64,000 nucleotides of DNA from Leptolyngbyaceae cyanobacterium (GCA_965263355.1 CBDHHL010000031.1:1-64000); one strand, 5' to 3'; shown: positions 49,329 through 59,073, numbered from the stretch's first letter. The notes: a model not told the origin generated them from the sequence alone. Program-made: numbers and translations.

Positions 49329-49440
49329 CGCTCACAGTATATCCAAAGTTGACAGCTTAGCTCTATTCTGGCATTTTCAGGGGATAATGTACTAGTGCGA
49401 TCGTGTTGAGTTTTATCATGGAATAAGGAGGTGATCATTA

Positions 49441-50252
49441 GTGAAGGAAGATCTAGTTCAACTATTTCAAGGCGAATGCCTTGATGTAATGGGCCAACTA
49501 ATAGCTGACAAAGTAACTGTAGACGCTATTATTACAGATCCACCTTACGGTTGAGCACGACCGCTTGCAAATGGGATAGCGTAATCCCGTTTGATGAAAT
49601 GTGGATGAGATTAAAGAAACTAGTTAAGCCTAATGGGGCAATAGCTTTATTTGGAAGTGAGCCTTTTAGTAGTGCTCTTAGGATGAGTAATATTAAAGAC
49701 TATAAATATGATTGGGTGTGGGATAAAAAACTAGCTGCCAATTTTGCAAATGCCCCATACCAACCTCTAAAAGTTACTGAAAATATATTGGTGTTTGGGA
49801 AGCATTGTTATTTCCCTCTAAAAAAGAAAGGGAAATTAAAAACAAAAGGGAGCGGCAATCAGTGGGTGGGAGTGTTCAATAACGGCACTCGCAATGATGG
49901 CACTCGCAATGATGAGTATTACCCCACTAATCTTATTCAAGTTAGCAATGCGAATAGGATTGACCGACTCCACCCTACCCAAAAGCCCGTTGCTCTCATG
50001 GAGTACCTAATCAAAACCTACACGCTACCAGGGGAAACCGTCCTAGACTTTACTATGGGCAGTGGCAGTACCGGAGTTGCGGCCAAAAAACTAGGTCGTA
50101 AGTTTATTGGGATTGAACTAGATACTGATTATTTTGAGATCGCTAAAAACCGTATTAATGAAGTATGGGCACCGGGGCAAACAGAGCCTAGCGACAAGAA
50201 ACCTATTGCAGAAAAAGAGCAGCTAGATATCTGGGATGCATTGGCAAGCTGA
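49441..50252 (+). pseudogene. N4/N6 DNA methyltransferase split by a frameshift after DPPYG
   Basis: 49441..49554 encodes ...ITDPPYG*, and 49556.. continues in another frame TTACKWD...HPTQKP...DFTMGSGS. Confidence 0.8.
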
Positions 50253-50346
50253 ACGGAATCTCACGACATATCCAAGGTTGACAGCTTAGCTCTATTCTGG
50301 CATTTTCAGGGGATAATGTCCTAGTGTGATTGTGCTAAGTTTTGCT

Positions 50347-51459
50347 ATGGAATTAAATCAAGTTATTCAGGGCGATTGCTTGGAAGTGATGGACGGCATC
50401 CCTGATAGCAGCATTGATCTAATAGCGACTGACCCGCCTTTTTTTAAGGTAAAAGGGGGTGGTTCTAAAGGTAAATTCGAGTGGTGGGATCGCGCCTGGG
50501 ATAATTCAGCAGAATTCTTGAGATGGATTGACCAGCTAGCCGCACAATGGCAACGCATCCTAAAACCTAATGGCAGCCTGTATTGTTTCGCGAGCACAAA
50601 AATGTCAGCACAAGTTGAGGTGTTGTTGAGCGATCGGTTTAATGTGCTGAATAATATTCGATGGCGGAAGGAACAAGGAAGACATAAAGCATCATGCAAA
50701 GAAATTCTTAGAGGCTATTTTCCTGCATCGGAATCAATTATCTTTTGTGAACATTACGGCGCAGATAACGCAGCTAAAGGCGCAGCAGGTTATCAGGCAA
50801 AGTGTGATGAGTTGCGCGGGTTTGTTTTTGAACCGTTGCGAGCGTATTTGGATGGAGAGAGGACCAAAGCCAAAATTGCACATAGACGAATAATACATAT
50901 TCTTGGGATGCGGGGGCATGACTCGCATTTTTTTAGCCCTATTCAATGGAAGTTGCCTCTAGAAGACCAGTACAAAACCCTCCAAGACTCATTCCCCGGT
51001 TACTTTCAACGCCCATACGAAGAACTACGTCAGCAATACGAAGAACTATGTCAGCAATACGAAGAACTACGTAGACCGTTTATCGTATCGTCAGACGTAC
51101 CCTACACCGATATATGGGACTTTCCCACAGTGCAAAGCTACCCAGGCAAGCACCCATGCGAGAAGCCATTGACCATGATGGCGCACATAATAAACGCTAG
51201 TTCTAAGCCTAATTCAGTAGTCCTAGATTGCTTTTGTGGTTCCGGCAATACTCTAGTAGCTGCCAAAAAGCACGGACGACATTTTATCGGGATTGATATT
51301 GATCCTCATTGGGCAGATGTAGCCCGTGGCAAAGTCGGCAAAGAACAAAGCTTTGTATCACAGCAGGCTAGATTAGACTGGCTAAAACAACAGACCGCAA
51401 CACCTGAGGAAGCCCCCAAAAAGCAACAGCTAAGCTTATTGGATTTACTTGCAAGCTAG
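50347..51459 (+). CDS. N4/N6 DNA methyltransferase (beta class)
   Basis: GDCLE, TDPPF, HPCEKP, VLDCFCGSG; internal 21-bp QQYEEL repeats. Confidence 0.9.
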   Translation: MELNQVIQGDCLEVMDGIPDSSIDLIATDPPFFKVKGGGSKGKFEWWDRAWDNSAEFLRWIDQLAAQWQRILKPNGSLYCFASTKMSAQVEVLLSDRFNVLNNIRWRKEQGRHKASCKEILRGYFPASESIIFCEHYGADNAAKGAAGYQAKCDELRGFVFEPLRAYLDGERTKAKIAHRRIIHILGMRGHDSHFFSPIQWKLPLEDQYKTLQDSFPGYFQRPYEELRQQYEELCQQYEELRRPFIVSSDVPYTDIWDFPTVQSYPGKHPCEKPLTMMAHIINASSKPNSVVLDCFCGSGNTLVAAKKHGRHFIGIDIDPHWADVARGKVGKEQSFVSQQARLDWLKQQTATPEEAPKKQQLSLLDLLAS

Positions 51460-51469
51460 GCATCAATCA

Positions 51470-52234
51470 TCAATCCCCAGATTGCGTCTTTATAACTCCA
51501 AAAGCAGTCAACGACACAATAACACCGCTAATCAATTTATTAATCAACTCAGGGTCAATCCCCAGTAGAACGACTGCAATCAACGCGATTAAAACGCCCA
51601 GCACCGTCCAAAGCTTTTTCAATTTCTGCCATGACGTGTAAAGTTGAGCAATCTTATGATTTTGCTCAACTTCTGCTAATTTCTCTTTTTGATGCTGAGC
51701 AGTTAAATATTCTACTTGTTCCTGCAACGCGATCACATCGCCCACTAGCTGAGAGTTTTCAGCATTTTTAGACTCTAACTGCGACTCCAAATATACGTTG
51801 CGAGCACCCATCGTTTTAAGGGGATCAACCTCGTTTTCCCCCTCTAACTGTTCGCTTTTCAGCCATTGAAACCGGCATTCATATTTAGCCCCTTGAAGCT
51901 GAGGAACAATCAATAATTCACGGATGCCAGGATGCAATTTTAGAGGCGTTTCAATTCGCTTCCCATCATAATAAACGCCTAGCCCGCTTTCAGTCCCGTT
52001 GCCATCTTTAATATAGTATTCTCCGTCTGAACTGTAAGTAATAGTGGCCTGACATCGACTAATGCGTTTCTGAATTAAGGCAGGAGCAATAGCACCAATC
52101 CGAATATACGAATCAGCTTCATATACCCCAGGTGATCGACCGATGCGAACCGGCACCTGAGCCAGGTTGATTTCATGCGTTAGTTCTCTGTCTCCGCATC
52201 GCTCAATTACGCGTGGGCTTAACCATGTATCCAT
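51470..52234 (-). CDS. FHA domain + coiled coil + two TM helices
   Basis: VRIGR...ISRCQATI...YIKDG...S..GVYY. Confidence 0.8.
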   Translation of the reverse strand: MDTWLSPRVIERCGDRELTHEINLAQVPVRIGRSPGVYEADSYIRIGAIAPALIQKRISRCQATITYSSDGEYYIKDGNGTESGLGVYYDGKRIETPLKLHPGIRELLIVPQLQGAKYECRFQWLKSEQLEGENEVDPLKTMGARNVYLESQLESKNAENSQLVGDVIALQEQVEYLTAQHQKEKLAEVEQNHKIAQLYTSWQKLKKLWTVLGVLIALIAVVLLGIDPELINKLISGVIVSLTAFGVIKTQSGD

Positions 52235-52331
52235 TGGAGGTGAAAATAATGGGCCGGTCGGTAGATGACCCTAGGTAGCCGTAGAATAGGCTATGAACCG
52301 TTATACAGCCTACGTTAACACGATTTGATTT

Positions 52332-52559
52332 GTGTTGATACGGCAAATTGATATCACCATGCCCCCAACTGACCACCAAGGCGACTCCAAAACGACTGTG
52401 ATTTTTACTCAAGCGATCGAATCGTTGATAGCTGAATATTGTAATGCAACAGGGATAACGAAAGCTGATTTTGTCAGAACAGCAGCCGTACGCTATTTGC
52501 AGGATGTCATGGGAATTGATTATGTGTGGGAGAAATTGCGCGGGCATCCCAAAAAATAA
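52332..52559 (+). CDS. RHH/CopG-like regulator
   Basis: TTVIF....ESLIAEYC...GITKADFVRTAAVRYL. Confidence 0.65.
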   Translation: MLIRQIDITMPPTDHQGDSKTTVIFTQAIESLIAEYCNATGITKADFVRTAAVRYLQDVMGIDYVWEKLRGHPKK

Positions 52560-52707
52560 AACCCCCGTGCTCAAGCAGACACAGGGGTTATTTTGTAACT
52601 ATCGAACCGACCTCGTTACTGGATATTGTATCCAATTTTGGTAGCTACAGATGAACTACCTCACCGTGTAGACGGATAGGGAATTCCGCTTATTTGTTAA
52701 AATTAGC

Positions 52708-53160
52708 GTGAAGCTACTGCGAGAAAAAATGACTATCGATTTTGACACATTGACCCCTATTCTTGCAGGGGCATTGGCACCTGCATTGTCCACCGTACTA
52801 CTAGTGATCAACCCACGGTTAGCACGGACACTAAAAGGATTTATCCCAGGAATTAATAAATACACTGAGATCGCTAAAACGATTCTCCCCATGATTGATG
52901 CAAAGCTGGCTCAACATATTGATCTGGTTGATGGTACTGCTGATGTGCTGCGCAAAGTAGCCGCTGGTGAAGTCACTGTTCTCGGCATGACATCCCGGAT
53001 GCGTCAAGTCGCCGGAAAAATCGGTGAAAACCCACGAGAGCTAAAAATTCTTCTAGATGAGATCGATGAAGAATTCAAAGCCACCGAGTTCAATAAACTG
53101 AACAAGAATGGCCCTGTGCAAACATCTGAGTTCGTTTCTGTTGACGCGCCTGGTCATTGA
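52708..53160 (+). CDS. Membrane-anchored hypothetical protein (possible holin-like)
   Basis: N-terminal hydrophobic helix; stop codon supplied by the IS605 end. Confidence 0.5.
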   Translation: MKLLREKMTIDFDTLTPILAGALAPALSTVLLVINPRLARTLKGFIPGINKYTEIAKTILPMIDAKLAQHIDLVDGTADVLRKVAAGEVTVLGMTSRMRQVAGKIGENPRELKILLDEIDEEFKATEFNKLNKNGPVQTSEFVSVDAPGH

Positions 53161-53196
53161 CATGCTCCCCGTGCTGAAGCAGCGGGGATTCTATAG

Positions 53197-54411
53197 CTAA
53201 AGGTTCAGCCTAAGCTGCTCCCCTACTAAACGGCTAGACGGTTCAACACACCCTGCCGGAAGCCCGGTCTTACAAGTGCTCCCCTGTCCATTTTTATGCT
53301 GTCGTGGGCTATCTCCAGCCCCGACAAAGTTTATATTCTTGGCTGCATTGCGGTCTCTATCGTGTAGAGCGCCGCAACTAAGACAGCGTATTTCCCGTAC
53401 AGAAAGGTCTAACTTCCCCCAATGAGAGCCACAGTCAGAGCAATACTGACTGGTAGGCTCCCATCGGTCAATGACCCTCACTTCACGGCCATACATGGCT
53501 GCTTTCGCTTCCAGCATCGTCCTGAACTCTCTCCAGCCTTGCTGGGATATTGCACGGGATAACTTACGGTTTTTCACCATACCCGATACATTCAGGTCCT
53601 CTAAGCAGATCACCTGGTTTTCTTTCACCAGCTGCGTACTGAGCTTGTGGAGGAAATCTTTACGGATATTTCGCGCCTTGGCTTTGAGCTTGGCAACACG
53701 TAACCGTGCTCGTTCTCTCCGCTTAGACCCCTTCTGCCTGCGAGACAAGACCCGTTGCGCTTTCCTAAGCTTGCGGTCTAGCTTGCTATAGTCTGGCCCT
53801 TCTATCGGCTCTCCATAGCTAGGAAAGGCAAACACCTTTATACCTAGATCGATACCGATAGAAGGATTTGTTACTGATTCCATGCTGGGCTCAGCTTCTA
53901 CAACAAAGCTCAGGTAATAATGGTTCTGCCTATCTTTGATGACGGTTACAGAACTTGGCTCACTGGGTAAAGGTCGAGACCATTTGGTTTTCACAGTCCC
54001 TATCTTTGCCAGGTAAACCTTATTTCCTTTGAGGGAAAAAGCGGTCTTTGCAAACCTAGCCGTTTGCTTGTTGTCTCTTTTTTTGAACCTAGGAAACTGG
54101 ATGGGTTTCCCCTTTCGCTTACCCTTGCGGCTATCGAAAAAGTTCTTAAATGCCGTCCCTAGATCAATCAATGATTGCTGTAGGGGTACAGCAGAAACAT
54201 CAGACAACCAGCTACGCTCAACAGTCTTTTTGGCTTGGGTGATACATTGCTTCGATAGCTCTGTACTCGTCGGCCATTTCTCACCCCTAGGAATGGCCTT
54301 GATGGTTGCCAGTGCATCATTCCAAACGACACGGGTGCAACCGAACAACTTTGCTAAGTTGGCCTGTTGCTCCTTATTTGGATAGATTCTATACTGGTAC
54401 CTGAGTTTCAT
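53197..54411 (-). CDS. tnpB: TnpB RNA-guided endonuclease
   Basis: YRIYP...FGCTRVVWN, GIDLG, LEDL, CSDCG/CLSCG, DRDRNAA. Confidence 0.97.
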   Translation of the reverse strand: MKLRYQYRIYPNKEQQANLAKLFGCTRVVWNDALATIKAIPRGEKWPTSTELSKQCITQAKKTVERSWLSDVSAVPLQQSLIDLGTAFKNFFDSRKGKRKGKPIQFPRFKKRDNKQTARFAKTAFSLKGNKVYLAKIGTVKTKWSRPLPSEPSSVTVIKDRQNHYYLSFVVEAEPSMESVTNPSIGIDLGIKVFAFPSYGEPIEGPDYSKLDRKLRKAQRVLSRRQKGSKRRERARLRVAKLKAKARNIRKDFLHKLSTQLVKENQVICLEDLNVSGMVKNRKLSRAISQQGWREFRTMLEAKAAMYGREVRVIDRWEPTSQYCSDCGSHWGKLDLSVREIRCLSCGALHDRDRNAAKNINFVGAGDSPRQHKNGQGSTCKTGLPAGCVEPSSRLVGEQLRLNL

Positions 54412-54439
54412 TATTTAAGTATACTTGGTCTGAAGCAAA

Positions 54440-54841
54440 ATGGGTGCAGATTTAAGGCGGGAAAGGCATAGCGTCACTAACCTGTTAATTCATTTGGTCT
54501 GTGTCACTAAATATCGTAGAAAAGTCCTAACTCCCGAAGGGCTTGATACCATAGAAGCCGCGTTTAACTCGGTCGCTAAAAGCCTTAACTTTCAGGTGAC
54601 AGAGTTTAATGGTGAATCCGACCATGTACACGCCCTGATTGAGTACCCACCAAAACTGTCGGTGTCTCAACTGGTCAACTCGTTAAAAGGCGTCTCTAGT
54701 AGGCGGTATGGGCAAGCTGGGCACCTTAAGCCCTACGGTAGAAAAGCTTTGTGGAGCCCTAGTTATTTTGTTAGCTCAGTAGGCGGGGCACCTCTGGATG
54801 TACTCAAAAAGTACATCCAGGAGCAAGAAAAGCCGTCCTAG
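54440..54841 (+). CDS. tnpA: IS200-type Y1 transposase TnpA
   Basis: HLVCVTKYRR, DHVH (HUH motif), LWSPSYF, YIQEQ. Confidence 0.97.
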   Translation: MGADLRRERHSVTNLLIHLVCVTKYRRKVLTPEGLDTIEAAFNSVAKSLNFQVTEFNGESDHVHALIEYPPKLSVSQLVNSLKGVSSRRYGQAGHLKPYGRKALWSPSYFVSSVGGAPLDVLKKYIQEQEKPS

Positions 54842-55083
54842 AAGGACGGGGTTTTAGACCCAAAATTTTGATAAATAGGACAAAAAAATGGGGCCGTTCC
54901 CATGGCCCCATAATGTTCCCGTATTGAATTCGACTTCATCTAAATATATCTACAGTTTTAATTCTAAAAATCCAGAAAAAAAATACCCCGCAATCCATGA
55001 GTTGCGAGGCAGTAGCCGATTAAGGAGAAAACAAGCTGATAAAAACCCCGCTTTCGATACAATAGTAGCATCAGGGGTCAAAT

Positions 55084-55947
55084 TTGGAAATTGTAGAACA
55101 GGAGAAGGCCATGGTTAAAACCTTGACCGCCAAACAGGACACTTGGCTACTGAGAATAATCACCCAATCTAGCAAGTTACCTGAAGACCAAAAGATCAAA
55201 CTGCATGAAGGCGATGTCCTTGAGTTAAACTGGGCCGAAGCTCAACAGGACGATGCAGGCACACCAATTGATGAGGGCAACTATGCTCAAGTTTCACTAA
55301 AAAGAAAAAAGAAAGAATTTCACAACTGGTTTTGTTTCCTAAAACACGTCAGTATTGGCGGCACTGATGCGCAGAAGAAGCAAAAGGCAGTCGGGAATAC
55401 AATCACAACACTTAATGGCGGGATAGAAAACCAGCCCAAACAAATTGTAAACGCCTACGACTTCAAATTTTCGTTGCCTGGTAGTTCTGGCACCTTTAAC
55501 ATGAGCGCCCCCATTCGCTATGGCAAGGGAAGAAACAAGTGGTATGAGGCGCTACATTTTGACCCAAAAACAAAATCATGGCGCAAGCCTGCTGATGCTG
55601 GCGTTGTAAGTCGAATTGTTGCCCACGATACAACTATTGAAAAATTCAGGGATGTTATTGCAGAGGCGTATCAAACGACGCCTGAGAAAGTCAGCATTTC
55701 ATTCAACAGCTGGTATCGCGACCCTGAAACCAACCGTCGTGTAGGCGGCGCGAGTCGTTCTCGCCATTGCTATGGTGACGGGACGGATTTTCTTGTGTTT
55801 ATTAACAAAAAACAAATTCCATGCCACAAGATCAACGCGATTTTGCGGCCATGGTGCATCAGAAACGGCGTGGCCCTAGCGTCTGCCAGTGTGTTTACGC
55901 ATGGTGACTCTAGGGGTTATTTTGCAGAGTGGAACTACGGATTTTAA
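55084..55947 (+). CDS. Peptidase M15-family endolysin-like protein
   Basis: SWYRDP..NRRVGGASRSRH..G...D...FTH.D.R. Confidence 0.85.
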   Translation: MEIVEQEKAMVKTLTAKQDTWLLRIITQSSKLPEDQKIKLHEGDVLELNWAEAQQDDAGTPIDEGNYAQVSLKRKKKEFHNWFCFLKHVSIGGTDAQKKQKAVGNTITTLNGGIENQPKQIVNAYDFKFSLPGSSGTFNMSAPIRYGKGRNKWYEALHFDPKTKSWRKPADAGVVSRIVAHDTTIEKFRDVIAEAYQTTPEKVSISFNSWYRDPETNRRVGGASRSRHCYGDGTDFLVFINKKQIPCHKINAILRPWCIRNGVALASASVFTHGDSRGYFAEWNYGF

Positions 55948-55951
55948 TAAT

Positions 55952-56689
55952 ATGAAAGTAACATTTTTACAGGATTCATTCCTGAAACACAGGCCAGTCC
56001 CCCCTGATCAGCTGGGGGACTACGAGAAAGAACCAGTCAGAGCGGGCGAATGGATTAATATAATTGCAGCAAGACCCGAATTAGAGCGTGACAATTTATA
56101 TATCACGCTATCTCAAGACCCTGGTGAAAAATTTAAGACTGTTGACGGGCGAAACTCTGTTTATCTCGTACCCAGCCACACCGACTACGAAGTTGCGGAT
56201 ACTACAGATCCTAATGTGCGTGCTGCAGCAGCGACATACAACCGAATTAGTGATCAAGGTCTAGAGTTACTAAAGGCTTTCGAAGGCTGCAAGCTTACTG
56301 CTTACTATTGTGCTGCAAATGTCCTAACAATCGGTTATGGCAGCACTGGCAAGCATATTCAAGAAGGCATGACGATTAGCCAAGATGAAGCCGACGATCT
56401 GCTGCACAAGGATTTGAAACGCTTTATGCATGGGGTCCAAGAACTGGTGACAGTACCCTTGACCCATGATCAGTTTTCGGCGTTAGTCAGCTTTGCGTTC
56501 AACTGTGGACTTGGTGCATTGGAGGATTCCACGCTATTAAAACGGGTTAACAACGAAGAATTCGAAGGCGTAGCCGATGCCTTCAATATGTGGGTTAAGG
56601 GCGGCGGTCGCACGTTGCCTGGTCTAGTGCGACGTCGCAAGTCTGAAGCCCATCTATTTAATAAAGGAGTCTATAAATCGTTCGAATAA
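55952..56689 (+). CDS. Lysozyme (GH24) endolysin
   Basis: GLELLKAFEG....Y...A.V.TIGYG, ALVSFAFN.G, LPGLVRRR..E. Confidence 0.92.
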   Translation: MKVTFLQDSFLKHRPVPPDQLGDYEKEPVRAGEWINIIAARPELERDNLYITLSQDPGEKFKTVDGRNSVYLVPSHTDYEVADTTDPNVRAAAATYNRISDQGLELLKAFEGCKLTAYYCAANVLTIGYGSTGKHIQEGMTISQDEADDLLHKDLKRFMHGVQELVTVPLTHDQFSALVSFAFNCGLGALEDSTLLKRVNNEEFEGVADAFNMWVKGGGRTLPGLVRRRKSEAHLFNKGVYKSFE

Positions 56690-56837
56690 TATTCAGTGAA
56701 AATTGCCACTGGCATTAACAGTAACAGCGCCAGTGGCAATGCAACGTAAAATACAAAATCCATTTTCTGTTTGCCATTAACGACGAGCCTACCGTAACTG
56801 ATCCCCGTCAAGAAAACCGCAACTATAGGTAAATCTG

Positions 56838-57056
56838 ATGTCTCAAAAGCAGAAAGAACTATTCACTTCTAGCGTGGCTCTGATTGGCGCGATCTCTTTG
56901 TGGTTCGTTAAATTCTCAGTGCTGCAAGCGATCGCCACTATCTGGATGTTTGCGACTATCTCAATTGCCATTATCAACGCGGGGTTCGACTTGCATGAAG
57001 AAAGCATATTCAAAAAATGGGAAGGCGACTTCAAAGAAGAAGAAAAAGAAAGCTAA
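56838..57056 (+). CDS. Small two-TM protein (holin candidate)
   Basis: Two hydrophobic helices and a charged C-terminus, downstream of endolysins. Confidence 0.45.
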   Translation: MSQKQKELFTSSVALIGAISLWFVKFSVLQAIATIWMFATISIAIINAGFDLHEESIFKKWEGDFKEEEKES

Positions 57057-57065
57057 AAAGAAAAA

Positions 57066-57284
57066 ATGATCAAGATATTTAATAGGCTCTGGCAACCTAT
57101 CCTGATAGGTTTTTTGCTAATGCATATCCTAAAAGCTGTCCCACTATCTTTTCTGCTGCAAGCATTATCTTTTCTGCTGCAAGCATTTAGTCTATTAGCG
57201 GCCCTCGCGTTCACCTTAGCCGTTCTGCTATTTTTTGCAGGCGTATTAAGCATTGAAATTGCTAATTGTTTCCCGCGAAAATGA
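57066..57284 (+). CDS. Small hydrophobic membrane protein
   Basis: Very hydrophobic, with an LSFLLQA duplication. Confidence 0.4.
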   Translation: MIKIFNRLWQPILIGFLLMHILKAVPLSFLLQALSFLLQAFSLLAALAFTLAVLLFFAGVLSIEIANCFPRK

Positions 57285-58072
57285 AACAAGCTAAACTTAT
57301 CTACCAAGCCCAACTGGCCCACGCTTCTTATCTGCAAAACCCAGCTGGCTTTCTTGAGCACTATAAAAAAATAACGATAGAAAATAATGTCGCTTGGTAT
57401 CTCAAAAGCAAAGAAAAAACAACCATTATTTTTAGAGGCACCGATACCCTATGGTCTGACTGGAAACAATCTAATCTAATTTTTTGGCCCCATAAAGAAT
57501 GCAAAGACTTCAAGGCTCATGCTGGGTTCTATGATGGTGCTTTGAAGTTTATGCAGCATTGCCAGAAAGAACATTTATTAGATAGCCCGTTAGAACTGAT
57601 TGGCCATAGCCTTGGAGGCGCGATCGCTTTGATGTTCGGCATAATTGCCGCTGACAATGGTTTTCCTGTAGAAAGTATCAGCACCTTTGGAGCACCCAGG
57701 GGCATGGATGAAGCCGGGGCCGATAAACACCGGGCATTAGGCCTAGAAAGTAAAACTTGGCAGGTCCGCAATGGGTCAGACCCTGTGTGTAGAATTATGC
57801 TGAGCTTCGATACAACTAAAAAAGTACTAGACCTAATCGGCTTAGATGTCAGGGTAGGCGCGTCACATCCATGGTGCCACGAAATAATCACGAACCATCA
57901 GACGGGGAAAATCATAGAAAGCCCTGACGAATGGCAGAATGTTAGAGCCAAAGAGCCTGACACAGTAACCCGTATTGAAAAGTTTGCCTCAGAGATCAAG
58001 GGGCTGACCGCTGAGGCTTTCATAGTTGATGATCACATGATTTCGAACTATATCAAAGGGCTTGGAGGCTAA
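57266..58072 (+). CDS. Lipase class 3
   Basis: IFRGT, HAGF, GHSLGG, TFGAPR, DPV, terminal H..NY. Confidence 0.9.
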   Translation: MFPAKMKQAKLIYQAQLAHASYLQNPAGFLEHYKKITIENNVAWYLKSKEKTTIIFRGTDTLWSDWKQSNLIFWPHKECKDFKAHAGFYDGALKFMQHCQKEHLLDSPLELIGHSLGGAIALMFGIIAADNGFPVESISTFGAPRGMDEAGADKHRALGLESKTWQVRNGSDPVCRIMLSFDTTKKVLDLIGLDVRVGASHPWCHEIITNHQTGKIIESPDEWQNVRAKEPDTVTRIEKFASEIKGLTAEAFIVDDHMISNYIKGLGG

Positions 58073-58074
58073 TT

Positions 58075-58275
58075 TTGAAGGCGAATATCACAATTCCAGT
58101 GGACTCAGCTGTACTTGAAAAGGCTAGACAGCTGGGGATTCCAGTGCAAGATTTACTAAGAAACGAAATATTAGCGGCAGCCGATAAAGTTCTACTGCCA
58201 TTAATTGGAGAATATGCGGCTAATTGCGATCGTACTGATTATGTTCCAAGCTGGATTAAGCGGCGTTCACATTGA
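58075..58275 (+). CDS. Small RHH-like protein
   Basis: ITIPVD..VLEKARQLGI.V..LLR. Confidence 0.5.
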   Translation: MKANITIPVDSAVLEKARQLGIPVQDLLRNEILAAADKVLLPLIGEYAANCDRTDYVPSWIKRRSH

Positions 58276-58285
58276 ATTTAAGAAC

Positions 58286-58840
58286 TTAGCAATCATTTTT
58301 CTTGAATGTTCTTTCTGCTTCCATGCACCATTCCCATCGGGCTTTAACCGTCTTAGCTCCAAGCAATGCATTATGATTGCCGTCAGTCTCTAAAGATTCG
58401 GGCCAATCATCCTGGGATAAGCCTAGGTCATCTTCAAGAAATTGCACTACATCTCGGCAACGCATAGGCCAGCCTTTTGGTAGTGCCATCATAGTGCCGT
58501 ATAGCTGGCATAAAACAACCCAGTCATAACTGCACCATTCACCCCAAAACTTAGGTGTAGGATCATCGCCAATAAAATCAAGAATCGCTTCGCCAATTGC
58601 GCAATGCCGATACCAGCTATGATCAATCCGCTTTGTGATTGAAGGCGTGTTTAGTTCAGGTTTTGGCGGCAGACATGACAGTACATTATCTTTGACCCAA
58701 TCGCTAGCCTTATCCCAATCGCAATCAAAATTTAGCGCGTAAAATTCCCGTCCATCTTCAGCAACAATGCCAATGCTGATCAAGTCAATCGGGTGAGCAG
58801 CACCACGTTCAATAAATTCCAAGTCGATAAAATAATTCAT
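58286..58840 (-). CDS. DEDDh 3'-5' exonuclease (RNase AS-like)
   Basis: YFIDLEF, LISIGIV.EDG.EFYA, YDWV, HNAL. Confidence 0.85.
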   Translation of the reverse strand: MNYFIDLEFIERGAAHPIDLISIGIVAEDGREFYALNFDCDWDKASDWVKDNVLSCLPPKPELNTPSITKRIDHSWYRHCAIGEAILDFIGDDPTPKFWGEWCSYDWVVLCQLYGTMMALPKGWPMRCRDVVQFLEDDLGLSQDDWPESLETDGNHNALLGAKTVKARWEWCMEAERTFKKNDC

Positions 58841-59073
58841 ACTACCTTCATATGTTTGCCACGTTCATCACTGGAAACGACGCCTCTTTGCCCTATCCAA
58901 TACATCAGTTGTCCAGTCGTCACAGCTCCATTTTTATCACGGGCAAACTTAAGATGACTACGGACGACACGAACGGTGATTTCAAGCTCTCTGGCAATTT
59001 TTTTATTATACCAGCCCTTGCTAATGAGCATAATAATCTCATACTGCCTAGGCGTTAATACTACTGGTTCCAC
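58837..59073 (-). CDS. LuxR-type HTH regulator
   Basis: LTPRQYEII.LI.KG..NK.IAREL.IT...V..H. Confidence 0.85.
   Translation of the reverse strand: MEPVVLTPRQYEIIMLISKGWYNKKIARELEITVRVVRSHLKFARDKNGAVTTGQLMYWIGQRGVVSSDERGKHMKVV

Larger units (their letters stand above)
53157..54870 (-). mobile_element. IS200/IS605-family element (divergent tnpA/tnpB)
   Basis: Subterminal hairpins CCCCGTGCTGAAGCAGCGGGG and CCGTCCTAGAAGGACGG; minus-strand right end ...GTCAA; left end preceded by TTTAT. Confidence 0.92.

Noticed and set aside
51016..51072. 21-bp tandem repeat as a mini-CRISPR
   Set aside because: No spacers; it is an in-frame QQYEEL coiled-coil repeat inside the methyltransferase.
52561..52595. 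Hairpin sharing CCCCGTGCT(C/G)AAGCAG with the IS605 right end
   Set aside because: Positioned as an ordinary terminator after the RHH gene and lacks the TTGA end motif; an IS relic cannot be supported.
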